From NCBI GenBank assembly GCA_015056245.1, contig SVGQ01000003.1, positions 2,689 through 66,688 of the forward strand: a DNA stretch of 64,000 bases, written 5' to 3'. This DNA comes from Clostridiales bacterium (GTDB taxonomy: Bacteria; Bacillota; Clostridia; Christensenellales; Aristaeellaceae). Positions within the stretch are counted from its first letter, which is position 1. Every line of letters begins with the position of its first letter. The position numbers and the translations under genes were made by a program. Shown piece by piece: positions 54,201-58,400 of the stretch. Below the pieces are notes generated by a model that saw only the letters and a program-made list of their open reading frames with translations, was not told the DNA's origin and searched no databases.

Positions 54201-54928
54201 TCACCTTCTCCATCGATGAAAACGATGGTAAGCTGGTCATTGGCAACAGCAAGTCCATGTCTGCTGACCTGGTCATGTACGATCAGCCCTGGCCCGAAGT
54301 AACGCCTACTCCCGAACCCACCGAAACCTCCTACACCGTTACCAAGCGTTGGGAGGATAAGGATAACGTGTTGGGTCTGCGGCCCAGCAACATCACGGTG
54401 CATCTGTTCCGCAAGCTGCGGACGGAAGCTGAGTATCCCACCACGCCGTTCATGACCGTGCAGATGGCCAGCAACGGCACCGATACCTGGCGCTTCACCT
54501 TCGATGATCTGCCGCGGCGCAGCGCAGACGGTGTGCTCTATGACTACACGGTCCGCGAAGAGTCTGTGGATGGCTACGTGACGAGCTACCAGAACAATGG
54601 TAGAACCATCGTCAACAGCATTCCCGAAGAGGACTTCCCGCCCACGCCCACTCCCACCCTGCCTTACGTGACCCCCACTCCGTCCCCGATGCCTCGCGTA
54701 CCTGCCGGCGTGCAGTTCGTTGATGGCGAGTGGATGTACATCGACGAATACGGCATCCCGCTCGGCGGTATCCCGCTGACCGGTGATAACACCAACTTCG
54801 TCCTGTGGGGCATGGCAATCGGCCTGCCGCTGCTGGTAGCTGCTCTGGCTGCTGTGGAAATCCGCCGCCGCAAGAAGCTCCTGCTCGCCGCTGAGGACGA
54901 GGAAGAAGTGGAAGAGACGGAAGCGTAA
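30230..54928 (+). CDS. Giant cell-wall-anchored adhesin (8,232 aa)
   Basis: AAAGGAG lies 9 nt upstream of ATG 30230 and the signal peptide is MKKMENFFRRALSMLMCICMLTGNMGGAFA. The N-terminal Ig-like/collagen-binding-like region contains I.W.LKVGN.......ISDTITG. FHIVAFGKAELKTHCNGNILAHELVAGSNFG is choice-of-anchor-A-like. The (Q/R)DGxRPxxIxIxL...W.W.F..LPKY motif recurs about 55-60 times by manual count (Cna-B type). There are about 8 LEATKTL.G..L..G.FTF modules (FctA-like) and two SpaA-like domains. The C-terminus is IPLTG + TM + RRRKK. Confidence 0.95.
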   Translation: MKKMENFFRRALSMLMCICMLTGNMGGAFAVESNDASVLVASEEQSIVRATMGYQGIRAANYGTNLSDSPNASDPYYAHYLVDISITGIMQEAKVALNHGFDAAGAPTVKLQSGSNVTVDWSAADSSIVLSGENLAGTTCQVLVSVPLKDSAVASLLNGGVVNSKLTDSEGTDTEQIKLNPQVSLVRAEQGAYHKWTLTYQCEGIQMSNTSFTAQVNNGTILDYDTAPYGVKLSTKACGATIQGHERKLDAQTLYFEHVTDYNAHKSGDANCFNTDFEAVFYSSKEGTTPTICSVSLLPEQVGVEWDIATSSAGAARLYKSGKAVVINGEKFIEWTLKVGNVTPGVEMTISDTITGSKLKVDAQHVLKITGETANAQFAKDSNELNNAGVSATENGFTVKLKQEEACNGQDIVITYYSDVEKTNAAHNNTYFEQNTSDIKNTASLSASDGYNEEQTLANVTAKVTDTVKTLEVTVNTNSEVKAEGDKLTLYACAVDANGNLATVPVKLQKYSNTEFKSGLMYDAQNGTEPCLLVPAAADTDTEEDKQNYVNYNGTNYKVHKLGDILYLDVDNDGYDKVWPKDFFSIDEMTESGNKLNIKLSNNEEIGLEGLAEAFKGNLYINTVYNEFVNQQLGTGIDYFDEDQYLGIAGNFHIVAFGKAELKTHCNGNILAHELVAGSNFGTNGYPFEVTYVQKYTGVHSTSASSNNHLLVLGSYNDFALTEKNGKLYVTNEVNGSKIDTPQNLMIDLNTDTAPFIDLNYVENEIENKSAALVGREGGVSVVAANPSQQHNKFILNTPDGTGYLNLTAAELNSMSNLPVQLEGFKGGHMGTMVINVDCSGVGEVKMPSEARIFVDGVAQGTGEVTEFTNGRVIWNFYNEGSTKITTSGAMTGMIIAPQATIDVAGNVNGTVVGHNIEVTRESHRTDFKGKVSAALADFSATKLVDGQTPNMAFTFVLEELVDGNWKVVEETTNNGKNVKFSKIKYEEEGEHKYRISEITPDGYTCDTEAYYVCVNVTRSQSGSDTRYWPEYRYYADANYSQKLDGPESFRFNNRTTTVGNDKTSIYGKKEWNDNNNSDGTRPAQVDIVLLRNGSEVTTSTGKVMAFASAQTNWEWGFSGLDKYDSNHVEYNYTVKEIPVAKYETVITQNGNQFTITNTHQPAKVQISATKEWAGTLPDGISHPTEVTIKLYKQDNSGLREANPLQTVQLNSDNQWTHTFTDLPKMANGKEIVYEIVEDPIDKYTVEVIQTEKTTDSDGNTSYKYTVKNTYNGKEIEKCNVDFLKRWKNDTESMRPASIEIVLKRWIGGVWGTTDPTYSEKYTVTAENGWTMRWEGLPKYNDEGKQYYYYVEEIPLDNYTVSCIYEDNAGLNVKEHIVMTNTYVKPTGAQLKKVWEGINPVSVNNNVVTFKFNRHEADGSKTYLFDVELKYNYYHQGWELISPRNATLQQSNPFTASADFTVTVDKDSLGKPLPSADANGNPYTYAFEEVSITRDGVDVTDEYLSTAVTENNVTTVTNADNSLGITVTKVWEGTDNPPTDNIWVTVGYKLQNGGTQNYQNVQLSNSNDWTVTLTNLPMVDKNGQQVEYYYVQEDIYVGNDYIVTYSGDGSDIGNKQFKVVFGDSNRASVTITNTKKQYVTLKLTKIWDDAGFADHRPTVLKFNLYRSTEEDVIPESPFISGVEFRWYNDAWHIDGNAATSVLENGSFEYEFNYLHGNPFPSHDDAGNAYYYYFREVEAYTEQGDQKNDFLPLYEVITEQNGNYETIITNQRGDQTVELPVIKEWVGGDETEQANRPSVTLQLLADGEPVEDQTVELPKTGDNNEKIWNHTFTELPKTTDEGAEIVYTVEELDVPAEYDVSYVYNTDENGTAKVINTYVDAVSAQLEATKTLVGKDLAAGDFTFTLRSDYDYNEPKIPMPADDYHITKKDEPDTIVAYAIDVTNGQNVSNEGEQTEGWEQKVIFPAISYKLSDLKDANGNISASKVFEYEIYEAEGTDQDIIYDTMVIPVKVTVNYNSETKELSIGSITYNDATDIPEIINTYVAPAAENLEATKTLNGRDLAAGEFAFTVEAVTAGAPMPANATATNAADGSIVFGEMTFKLSHLMNANLQVVSPQTFTYKITETAGSLPGVDYDESVFYADITVTLLDDGTLQISEPSYYQLNGNEQVSKAAAAFVNTYEAAETEIVLPFTKTLNNGNHEKNTVPRNFSFKLEGADITREAQVTVPANSNAAVTGQFAKIDYTKAGVYTYTVTETSGSDGDIVYDGTSYTVTVTVTDNLNGQLVATKEIKKNNEIVNDIAFVNNYVAPIDVVLEATKTLNNKTLNANQFTFELTGDGLTSAITATNGVGDDVNKVQFPYITYTLDDVYGEVNNSKTFTYSIKEIAGEANKGYTYDSAIYTAEVTVSYNSATNALSATTVYKDANGTVLNAAPAFENTYDAADTELVIEFTKTLNQGGFNAKERTFTFTLTGVGVNQTAVVKVPAGVATAVEGTFEAISYSAPGNYTYTVTETTGQESDIVYDGSSYTVNVKVVDNEGHLAASIESITKNDAAVDAIAFVNDYIAPTEKVLEATKTLNDVDQLGKKLAAGQFTFELSPTGNAPMPKDADGKIISTATNAADGSISFGAIEYTADHVGIHTYTIKENKDNKQNGYLYDDSVFTATVTVDKSADGKTLTASVSYTKNGATVEKPEFINSYDETSLDGFKTWVDENNDYGLRPENLELKLYRSVNGGEAQPVVGAVAQITSKSVDGDHNKWSYSFTDLPQYVDGKLATYTVEEVAPAGYIMSQDGNNFTNTLDTTNLSGTKTWVDNETLKDITRPDAITITAKSGSISKSTTTDASKNWAWTIEGLPEKDDNGNVITYTIEESPVIGYNTTYDKNSDGSDNIINTAVTTSVTVKKVWENNSNADNQPDSIKVQLKAGETPIGEPVELNDESWSYTWNNLPKLDKANAEIAYTVDEVEVPAGYVKVITGDKTTGYQIKNIFVDGESVVLTAKKVLTGPASNALAEGQFTFKLYAENGAVLQTKTNGANGTVTFDAITYDKAGTYKYTISEVNAGENGYTYDTNVYSAVVVVSQDETTKQLSTAVTYSLENNPVTEAVFTNTYEVEPVSVTIPVKKTVNANGNTNVPDIADQFTFVLKDKEGNVVESIKSNGAGNTVTFTPIEFTAAGTYEYTVVETGHVAGFVNDQTVKTVTIKVDDNKAGELVTELVDNKTAEVVFANSYETVDVNGNKDWQGDGAYVAVSRPESITVRLLADTVAAKDASGNEITATVTEAGSWEWAFNDLPKYSDAEGKNLITYTVVEDVPAGYTMSQNGTTIINTLKTVNKNGTKVWADDSNKYGTRPAQVTIKAMHGNVVVATTTASSPDWTWSFTGLPQYDNTGTEIDYTFAEEPVNGYTATVVGNTVTNTLKTTELRGTKVWVDDSNAEGFRPATVEVNLYKTIGNAGSEFVETKEVKGTGDTWIWAFTGLPKYAYDEEGNEIEIVYTVDEVKVPAGYTKNVNGTTITNTRTVEYIDIPVTKVWDDNDGEEGFRPEKITVHLYEVGKNEDGSEKLDKVEEVDITPDADGNWKYTFTHLLKYKNGQLVQYRVVEDQVDKYNVPGVEMDANYNVTITNSRNQEFTSLSGKKIWDDNDNALNMRPASITIVLYADDEATDKSVTLNTADYPGNEWTWEFTGLQKYKDGEEIVYKVVENAVPYYTTTYSDDTTIITNKYKDEKTTVSGKKVWNDGNNVEGFRPATITVELYEKVGDSERKKVDEQVLSGDTNEWNFTFKDLPKYKSGVEVIYSVAEVLADEAGRLSWVQWYGEPDVSGTTITNDREVEYVNIPVTKEWDDNNNAEGFRPSYVTVTLNKVTGTNEDGSEELEELNYTHNLVAGENWTYTFTNLLKYEDGELIQYRVTEEQVANYDVPEVEWTEYTFTVTNSREKENTKLSGKKVWDDNSNALGMRPSSIVVELYKGDTPTGQTQTVTGTGNEWTWEFTELPKYENGTEIIYTAREHAVEHYAVSYNDTTNTITNTYNNEKVEISGEKVWTDGNNVEGFRPATLIIELYAKVGEMTELYDSKEISATDNWKFTFKDLPKYKNHKEVEYSVAEKLTDGNNVELDWVKWYDVRTVEGTTITNKRDVEDIDITVTKKWEDNNNAEGFRPASVNVQLVKVTAPATETTAEVTENVGAKVELPQNNSWTYTWNDLPKYENGKEIVYNVVEDEVANYTTTYSGNVEEGFTVTNTHTDTFVEVKGVKVWDDANDAAGFRPKTITIQLKANNEVKATATISAKNIDANGHWAFTFGRLPKFANGQEITYTVVEIRNNVETTLTWEDMYTTAITGNVADGFTVTNTYEPEYFDINGSKVWEDDSNRDGIRPGSITITLSANGTVKETTTAISENNWAWKFEHLPKYVEGAEVVYTVTEAEVPGYTTTIDGFKITNTHEPEEVQITVVKDWDDNDDQDGIRPESVTVQLTANSSNEGEAVTLDEENRWTYTWTGLKKNANGAAITYNVVESEVDGYESDVTFTKVNDGNYSFTVKNTHAPETIDIPVTKHWNDAANVDGVRPTSITYKLWKTVESDETEGEKVVTEGEQEEETAEEPFRTAVVESPWTYTFEDLPVFEDGKPITYTVTEDAVPGYTTQVEGFTVTNTHAPEETTITATKVWEDADNQDGKRPTAITLHLYADNVKLEGKSVTLSGDGNSWSHTWNNLPKHKLGAVKTPIQYTVEEELGKTAKDYGYESEVTGNMADGYTITNSLTPEKTEISVEKVWDDNYNQDDIRPASVTVRLLAGGKEVASVELNADNVWKHTWTDLDKYAGGQLINYTVSEDPITVTGADTGYEVKITGSAENGYVVTNKHVPDTVTVNGSKTWNDSNDHDGFRPESITITLMADSNVAKDAEGNELVKTVTADDGWAWEFKNLPKKANGQVIVYTVTETPINVPGYTAQHNGMNVTNSYTPGKVSVSGSKNWDDNNNQDGLRPESITINLLADGKLAATKTVTAENGWMWDFTDLDEFADGKKIVYTIEEITVEGYTSEVDGYNIKNTHTPATTEVTVNKVWVDNDDQDGLRKPVSVQLYANGVATGAAVELNESNSWTHTWTGLAKKAGGQDILYTVDELTVPTGYTKSISGTTITNTHEPATINIEGSKTWDDDSDRDGIRPKSITINLLADGTVVGTQTVTPDDDGNWSWKFENRPKYKAKGVEIKYTITEDAVDGYETAVTGFNVKNTHAPETITINGLKVWDDNHNQDGKRTTSVTINLLADGTKVATTTANADSNWKWSFPDMPKHRDHGVEIVYTVTEEKVNDFYTPTITGSAAAGFTVTNKHEPLTTDVSGQKTWDDKGNQDGKRPTSITITLYANGEKVALPELEGFVNPKIVTEADQWKWSWTGLPQFVAGEAQTYTVTEDPVTDYTTIPNGYNFTNSTDTEQTFVTVHKDWNDNSNQDGLQPASIQVQLYANGTANGDPVTLSSSNHWSHTWTGLDKKANGSNIVYTVDEVEVPAGYEKAFTVNEDGSFTITNTHVPATTKVEGIKAWDDAGNQDGKRPSSVTVTLYANGSLKATTEATAANNWAWEFTNLPLKANGETIIYTVDEVNVPAGYSKEGITVNEDGSYTITNKHQPETIEINGTKAWEDAGNQDGIRPDTVTVTLYAGGSVKETTEAKASENWAWSFTNLPKYANGTEIVYTVDEVNVPEGYTKTVDGTTITNTHNPVTIEINGTKEWEDEDDQDGIRPTSVTINLKVGDEVIKTTTATAADGWEWKFEDLPKFENGAEIVYEIEEAPVANYEIDITGSIAEGYTVTNTHEPATIDIEGIKDWDDGNNVDGKRPTSVTIKLLADSKETGKTTTATDAGNWAWSFSDLPKFRDQGEEILYTVEEDLSNNVEDTTTWEDLYTPTVTGSAEAGFTITNTHVPETITIEGSKTWTDNDDQDGKRPTSITINLLADGEIEKTITVTAADNWSWKFEDLPKYRTGAEGVPVVYAITEEAVAEYTTTYDGYNVINTHTPEKITLSGSKIWDDADNQDGKRPTSITVRLLANGAEVASQTIEPNEDGTWPSWTFADQPKYAGGSEIIYTVSEDTVEGYTTTYPEGTLNVKNSFTPGKTNVSGNKVWNDNNDQDGCRPDSITITLMKKVGTDAPVTTGQTRILTEETGWSWNFTDLPQFESGNAITYSVVETMDAEAIKAGYTTEYSGNNVINNYTPETITLSGAKTWVDGDNQDNTRPATITIRLLADGQSAKDADGNAIVATVSAADGWDWEFTNLPKYRDHGIEIVYTITEDAVATYTTAISGMNVTNTNEPDVVSVSVEKVWEDNNNQDGKRSESITVQLIESYKLGDETVTNNRGAAVTLNEGNNWSHQWTNLPKNQVGGVGNPVTYTVSEVVVPKDYTSSTNRTVSAEGNVSYVITNTDTPDVTSISGSKVWDDNDDQDGIRPEQIEINLLANGEEVDSITVTTDTNGDWKWSFTGLTKYEAGEEIEYTFTEDAVGGYTTTYSEDTTVVTNTHAPATTKVEGSKTWDDANDQDGLRPDSITIRLLADGQPAKDADGNAIVATVSAADGWDWEFTNLPKFRDQGTEIVYTITEDAVANYTTNVSGYNVTNTHTPEVVSVNGSKIWNDANDQDGLRPDSITINLLADGEVIDSEIVTAGTNNWSWSFTNLPKYKDHGTEIVYAIEEIEVDDYQSVVSDYDVTNTYTPETLDIEGSKTWIDADNQDGFRPTSITIRLFADGTEIDSALIEPDDDGNWPGWKFEDLPKYRDHGKEIRYSITEDAVANYTTEITVSEDGFYTVTNTHTPEVVTVSGSKTWTDADNQDGFRPEKIVIRLHKTVNGATTEVDHVEVTETNGWKWSFTNLPKREKGVVIVYSITEDAVDKYTTQVSGYSVVNTHITEKVDVEGTKTWTDANNQDGIRPAYITINLLADGTWIDSKNVTAENDWTWSWTGLDKYKEGKEIKYTITEDPVNGYKTAITGYNVENIHVPEVVKVAGTKTWNDANNQDGKRPTSITINLLADGTWLDSAVIEPDTDGNWPGWKFENLPKFKVGAQGQEVAYTITEDTVSEYKTDVTGYDVLNSYTPGKTSVSVSKTWEDDGDRDGLRPDSIIFILLADNVEVDRVELEPDANGVWPTHTFKDLPIYKVGEVGHKLTYTVTEEPVAEYVPTFTGDAKTGYYFTNTHKIETVEVSGTKTWTDANNQDGYRPTEITINLLADTKVIETITVTEADGWSWSFTDLPKYRDHGVEIVYSITENEVAEYTTKIDGYNVENIHEPELVDVVGTKTWTDADNQDGFRPESIIINLIANETVIDTAVVTEADDWSWSFTNLPKKAAGVDIVYTIAEEAVAEYTTVIDGYDVENIHVPEVVEVSGTKTWTDADNQDGKRPSVIVINLLADGEVIKTINVTEADGWSWKFDNLPKYKVGAEGQLVTYTITENEVAEYTTKIDGYNVENIHEPELVDVVGAKTWTDADNQDGKRPASITINLLADGEVIKTVTVTAAEDWSWKFTDLPKYKVGAEGQLVTYTITENEVAEYTTEIDGYNVENIHVPEVVEVSGTKTWIDADNQDGKRPSVIVINLLADGEVIKTVNVTAAEDWSWKFTDLPKYKVGAQGQLVTYTITENEVAEYTTEITGYDVENIHVPELIDIAGSKTWNDADNQDGVRPASIVIKLMEGSTVVKTVTVTEADGWKWSFEDLPKYRPGAVGDEIEYYVVEELDKAAAAEYTVTVDGYNVTNTHTPNRVEITGSKTWVDLNNIYLKRPDSVTIRLLADGVEIDSRKVTEADNWSWTFTNLPKYKAGEIGKEITYTITEDVVTGYITTVDDFNVTNTMNLVEFIKLDEQTGKRLPGAKFALYEGTVASYDPAKPIETWVSDKNTKILAGLKVGQTYTIVETEAPSGYAMMVPFQFTVQLTDIPGTYRAFSVSNCHVYRFRKLDSSNNGLVHGAHLAIMDSYNNIIESWWTNGDNNGWHEVVDSKLVAGKDYKLVELEAPWGYEVADPITFSIDENDGKLVIGNSKSMSADLVMYDQPWPEVTPTPEPTETSYTVTKRWEDKDNVLGLRPSNITVHLFRKLRTEAEYPTTPFMTVQMASNGTDTWRFTFDDLPRRSADGVLYDYTVREESVDGYVTSYQNNGRTIVNSIPEEDFPPTPTPTLPYVTPTPSPMPRVPAGVQFVDGEWMYIDEYGIPLGGIPLTGDNTNFVLWGMAIGLPLLVAALAAVEIRRRKKLLLAAEDEEEVEETEA
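51750..53150 (+). repeat. Near-identical in-frame 279-nt (93-aa) tandem modules inside the giant adhesin gene
   Basis: The anchor TCACCGAGAA recurs at 51951, 52500, 52779 and 53058 (offsets 549, 279 and 279 nt). 51951-52042 is identical to 52500-52591 (92 nt). Confidence 0.9.
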
Positions 54929-54972
54929 CTTCTCCCCGGTAAAAAAACACTTATGGTTCCCGTGAACCAATC

Positions 54973-54998
54973 AGGGAGCTGCCGAAAGGCAGCTCCCT
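54973..54998 (+). terminator. Stem-loop after the giant adhesin gene (GAAA tetraloop; weak T-tract)
   Basis: AGGGAGCTGCC-GAAA-GGCAGCTCCCT. Confidence 0.5.
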
Positions 54999-55161
54999 TC
55001 TGACTGTCGAAAAACCCATACTTCTGTTCAAAAGTCGCACATCTTGCACCTGCGGTGCTCGCTGTGCTTGCGCGAAAACGCTGCGGCGTAAGGTTTGTGG
55101 GCTCCGCCCACACCCGGCAGGAAACTGAGTTTCCTGCACCTTCCCCTTTTTTGACAACCTG

Positions 55162-55191
55162 AGGGAGCTGCTAAAAGGCAGCTCCCTTTTC
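55162..55191 (+). terminator. Second copy of the same hairpin, with a T-tract
   Basis: AGGGAGCTGC-TAAAAG-GCAGCTCCCT followed by TTTC. A third hairpin, GCAGGAAAC/GTTTCCTGC with a T-run, lies at 55118-55152. Confidence 0.55.
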
Positions 55192-55425
55192 TATGCAGAT
55201 GTTTCATAAAGAAAGATCCGGAGCCGTGTTTTTCATGGTATCTGTCAAGTGGTAGAGGCACATGGAAGGAAAGATAGAGTACAGTACAACTTGGATAATT
55301 TTAGTTGGAATATGGTTGTGATCGATTGCGTTTGTTATGAATTGTATGTTATAATTCAAAATGGTTTGTTCTATATGTTCCCATCACAGATGATGTAACA
55401 ATACAACAGAAGGTTGGTTGATGAT

Positions 55426-58400
55426 ATGAAAAAAGAGCTGCATCAAAACCATTTAAAACAAGCGATGTTTATTTTGATGACAACGCTTCTGCTGTGTTGT
55501 CTGTTCAGTGCTGCGTTGGCTGAGCCAACCTATACGATCCCGGTGGTGTTTACCTGGGGGCCGGAGGATCTGTATACATTGGGATACGATGTGTATCTTG
55601 ATCTGTATCGGGATGGTGAACTGTATAAAACCCTTCAGATCAATCAAAATACCGCCCCCGAAAAGCGGACGTTTTCCACTGCATTGCGAAATGGCAAAAC
55701 AGGAGAGAACTATGAGTTTGATCTGAAGATCCGCACAGATCCGAAACTGAAAGCTACAGCTGTTCTTGACAAGGATAATCTGCAATGGAATGTACACTTT
55801 GAACGCATCAAGAGCGGCCCGGTTACCCTCAGGGTACGACTGGAGGACAATAACGATGCTTTTGGCCTGCGTCCGGAAACCATTGCCCCCAGGCTTGCAG
55901 CGAAACGCGGGTACTATGATGAGGAGGCACTGTATGTTTCCGAACCTGCGGATCATGTTGTCCGGAATGAAGACGGTACTTTTACCGTTACATGGAACAA
56001 TGTGCAGTTCTATTACCCGGATTTGGATGACGACGTGGATGTTGACACCTATAAGGATTGGCAGGCCAAATGGTTTATTCAGTTGGGCGACGAGAATTAC
56101 GTTGCTGAATGTAATACGTACAATTATCATTTGTCAGATTATTCACCAACGACTGTTCAGATGCTGCTTGACGGCCCCAATTACTGGGCTGATATCCAAC
56201 TGTACAATTACTTGGCCTATAACGATTTGCTTTCGGACGAATACAAGGAAACGCCGACGGAAATCAACGTTGAATTGGTGGACAAGGACGGGAACGCTGT
56301 AGAGGGTACCAGACGAACGGTAACGCTGGAGCATACGGTCAAAACGGGCACGGATTATGCTGATTACATGTACGCATCCGGCAGTGTTCTGTGGCAACTG
56401 GAGGAAGGAGAAAAGGATTACAGGCTCCATGTGATCGATCAGCTTCCGCCGTACTGGCGCCTTTCTGTGTCCAGAGGCAGCACGCAATATGGTGTGCGGA
56501 AGTTTACAGCCGACGCCTACACAAACAGATTGAATCCCTATGTAGTGTTCTATCATTACGACAACGACAATGTCCTTGGCCTGCGCCCCAAAAATGTGAC
56601 GCTGAAGGTAGATATTGGTCAAGATATCCACTTTCAGCAAAAGGTTACGATCAATGGCGGCACAGTGTTCTATTATCTGTCGAATAATAATAAACGGCAG
56701 TATTTCCCGATGGTGGCCGCTGACGGCTCGCCGATGACGATCAATCTGGAAGTGGAGGGCTATCCCGGACATTATTCAGTCGTTACATCGCATACCCCAA
56801 CGGCTGAGAGTTCATACATCGGAAAAGTTGAGGCCACTTTGACTACCCGTACCCTTACAGCTGAGGTAAAATGGGACAAAGAACGGAATGACGGCAGAAA
56901 CCGTCCGAATGATGTTATCCTTACGGTAAAAGATCAAAATGGAAAGATCGTTGGATCGAAGTTTGCCAGCCCCAACACTGGTTGGAAGGCTTCCTTTGAT
57001 GTGCCTGTTTATGATGAGAACGGCGACATTGCCAGCTATACGATCGAACAGAACGATCTGCAGCTCTATACGACCAAGATTACGCGGACGTTGATAGACG
57101 GCGGCAATCCTCCCACGGAGGAGGGCGCTCCCGAGACCGCATTGGATGATGTGGAGCATTTTGTCATAACCAATACCGAGCAGGAAGACTGGAACTATGC
57201 CATTGATCTGGTGTGGGATACCGAGATTATTGACGAACGCTACGATCGTTACGAGGTTTCCCAGAGTAGCAACTACGAGCGTGCCCTTACCTACAAACTG
57301 ACGATCTATGTCAACGCTGCCATGTATAAGAAGGGCGATCTGGAGGTTCGTCTGCCGTATTATCTGGATGGCTATGGCAACCGCAACGGTACCATCACGG
57401 CTGTATCTGCGCCACGGGCACAGGAAATTGCTGTGCCCATGTATCCGGATTATAACCCGGATAATGCGTTCCACTATTATGTGGATGATCACGGCACCGA
57501 CGACAAGCGGGACGACGAGCTGGTTTTTGTTAACTGGCGCGATATTGAAGACAGTATCAACCAGACCATTGAGGTAAAGCACAGGGTTTATCCCAGCAAT
57601 ATGCTGGATACCATACCGCAAACCTGGCAGGCTGTTGGCTACGGTACCAAGTTTGAGGTCATCAATGGTGAAGTGGTTAAAAAAGAGGTGGAAGTACAGA
57701 AATCTCCCGTTATCAGCTACGGTGTTGACACAGGCTGTTATTTGCCAAAGGCAAATATTCATGCTTTTCCGATCTATCGAAAGGTGGATGGATTCAGCAC
57801 TCCTTATGATCCGGAAAAATATGTGTACTTGGAGATTTGGAATGGTCAAAGGCAGGGTCAATATGAAAGATTGACGCTTAACCAGTATCTTACCTATACT
57901 GCTGAGCTGGAAGCTTCCGAAGGAATCGAAATCAGCAAAAACTATTTCTATTGGACTGGTTCGACAGAATCAGGCTTGTTGACTGTCAATCCGGATGATC
58001 CGTCAAAGGCTGTTTATCAGGCAAGCCGTACGCCTTCAACGAGCAGTTCTCATTATTCAATTGAGAATCGCGGCTTCATCATTCGAATTCCGCGTGACAA
58101 AATCGGTCAGGAGGATGAAAGCTATACTGGTACGATAAAGTTTACCCATTCTGCCAGAGTGGACCAGCAGCATGAAAATGACAAGGTTTCCGGTCTGGAC
58201 TACAATGATTACTGGACCTCAAGCTCTGAGATTACCTTTACATGGGAACCGCAGGAAAGCTGGTCTTTTGATGGTGATATTTATACATGGTCAAAATATG
58301 GCGGCAGCCTGCCCAGCGCGCCGGTGACCCGCCTTCAGTTGGGCTTGGATCTGAAGGTAAGTAATTATTATGTCACGGGCAAGGTATACGGCTACGATAT

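Noticed and set aside
33400-54400. Possible CRISPR array or non-coding tandem repeat, suggested by strong periodicity
   Set aside because: The ~279-nt periodicity is that of in-frame protein modules (Cna-B type) within one ORF. There is no repeat-spacer structure and there are no cas genes.
34487-54970. 6,827-aa minus-strand ORF (and its 1,434-aa continuation 30170..34474) opposite the giant adhesin gene
   Set aside because: It is the codon-aligned antisense shadow of the plus-strand gene. Its product is low-complexity and rich in Gly/Val/Asp/His. It has no RBS or promoter context, and its openness is explained by the sense gene avoiding TTA, CTA and TCA.
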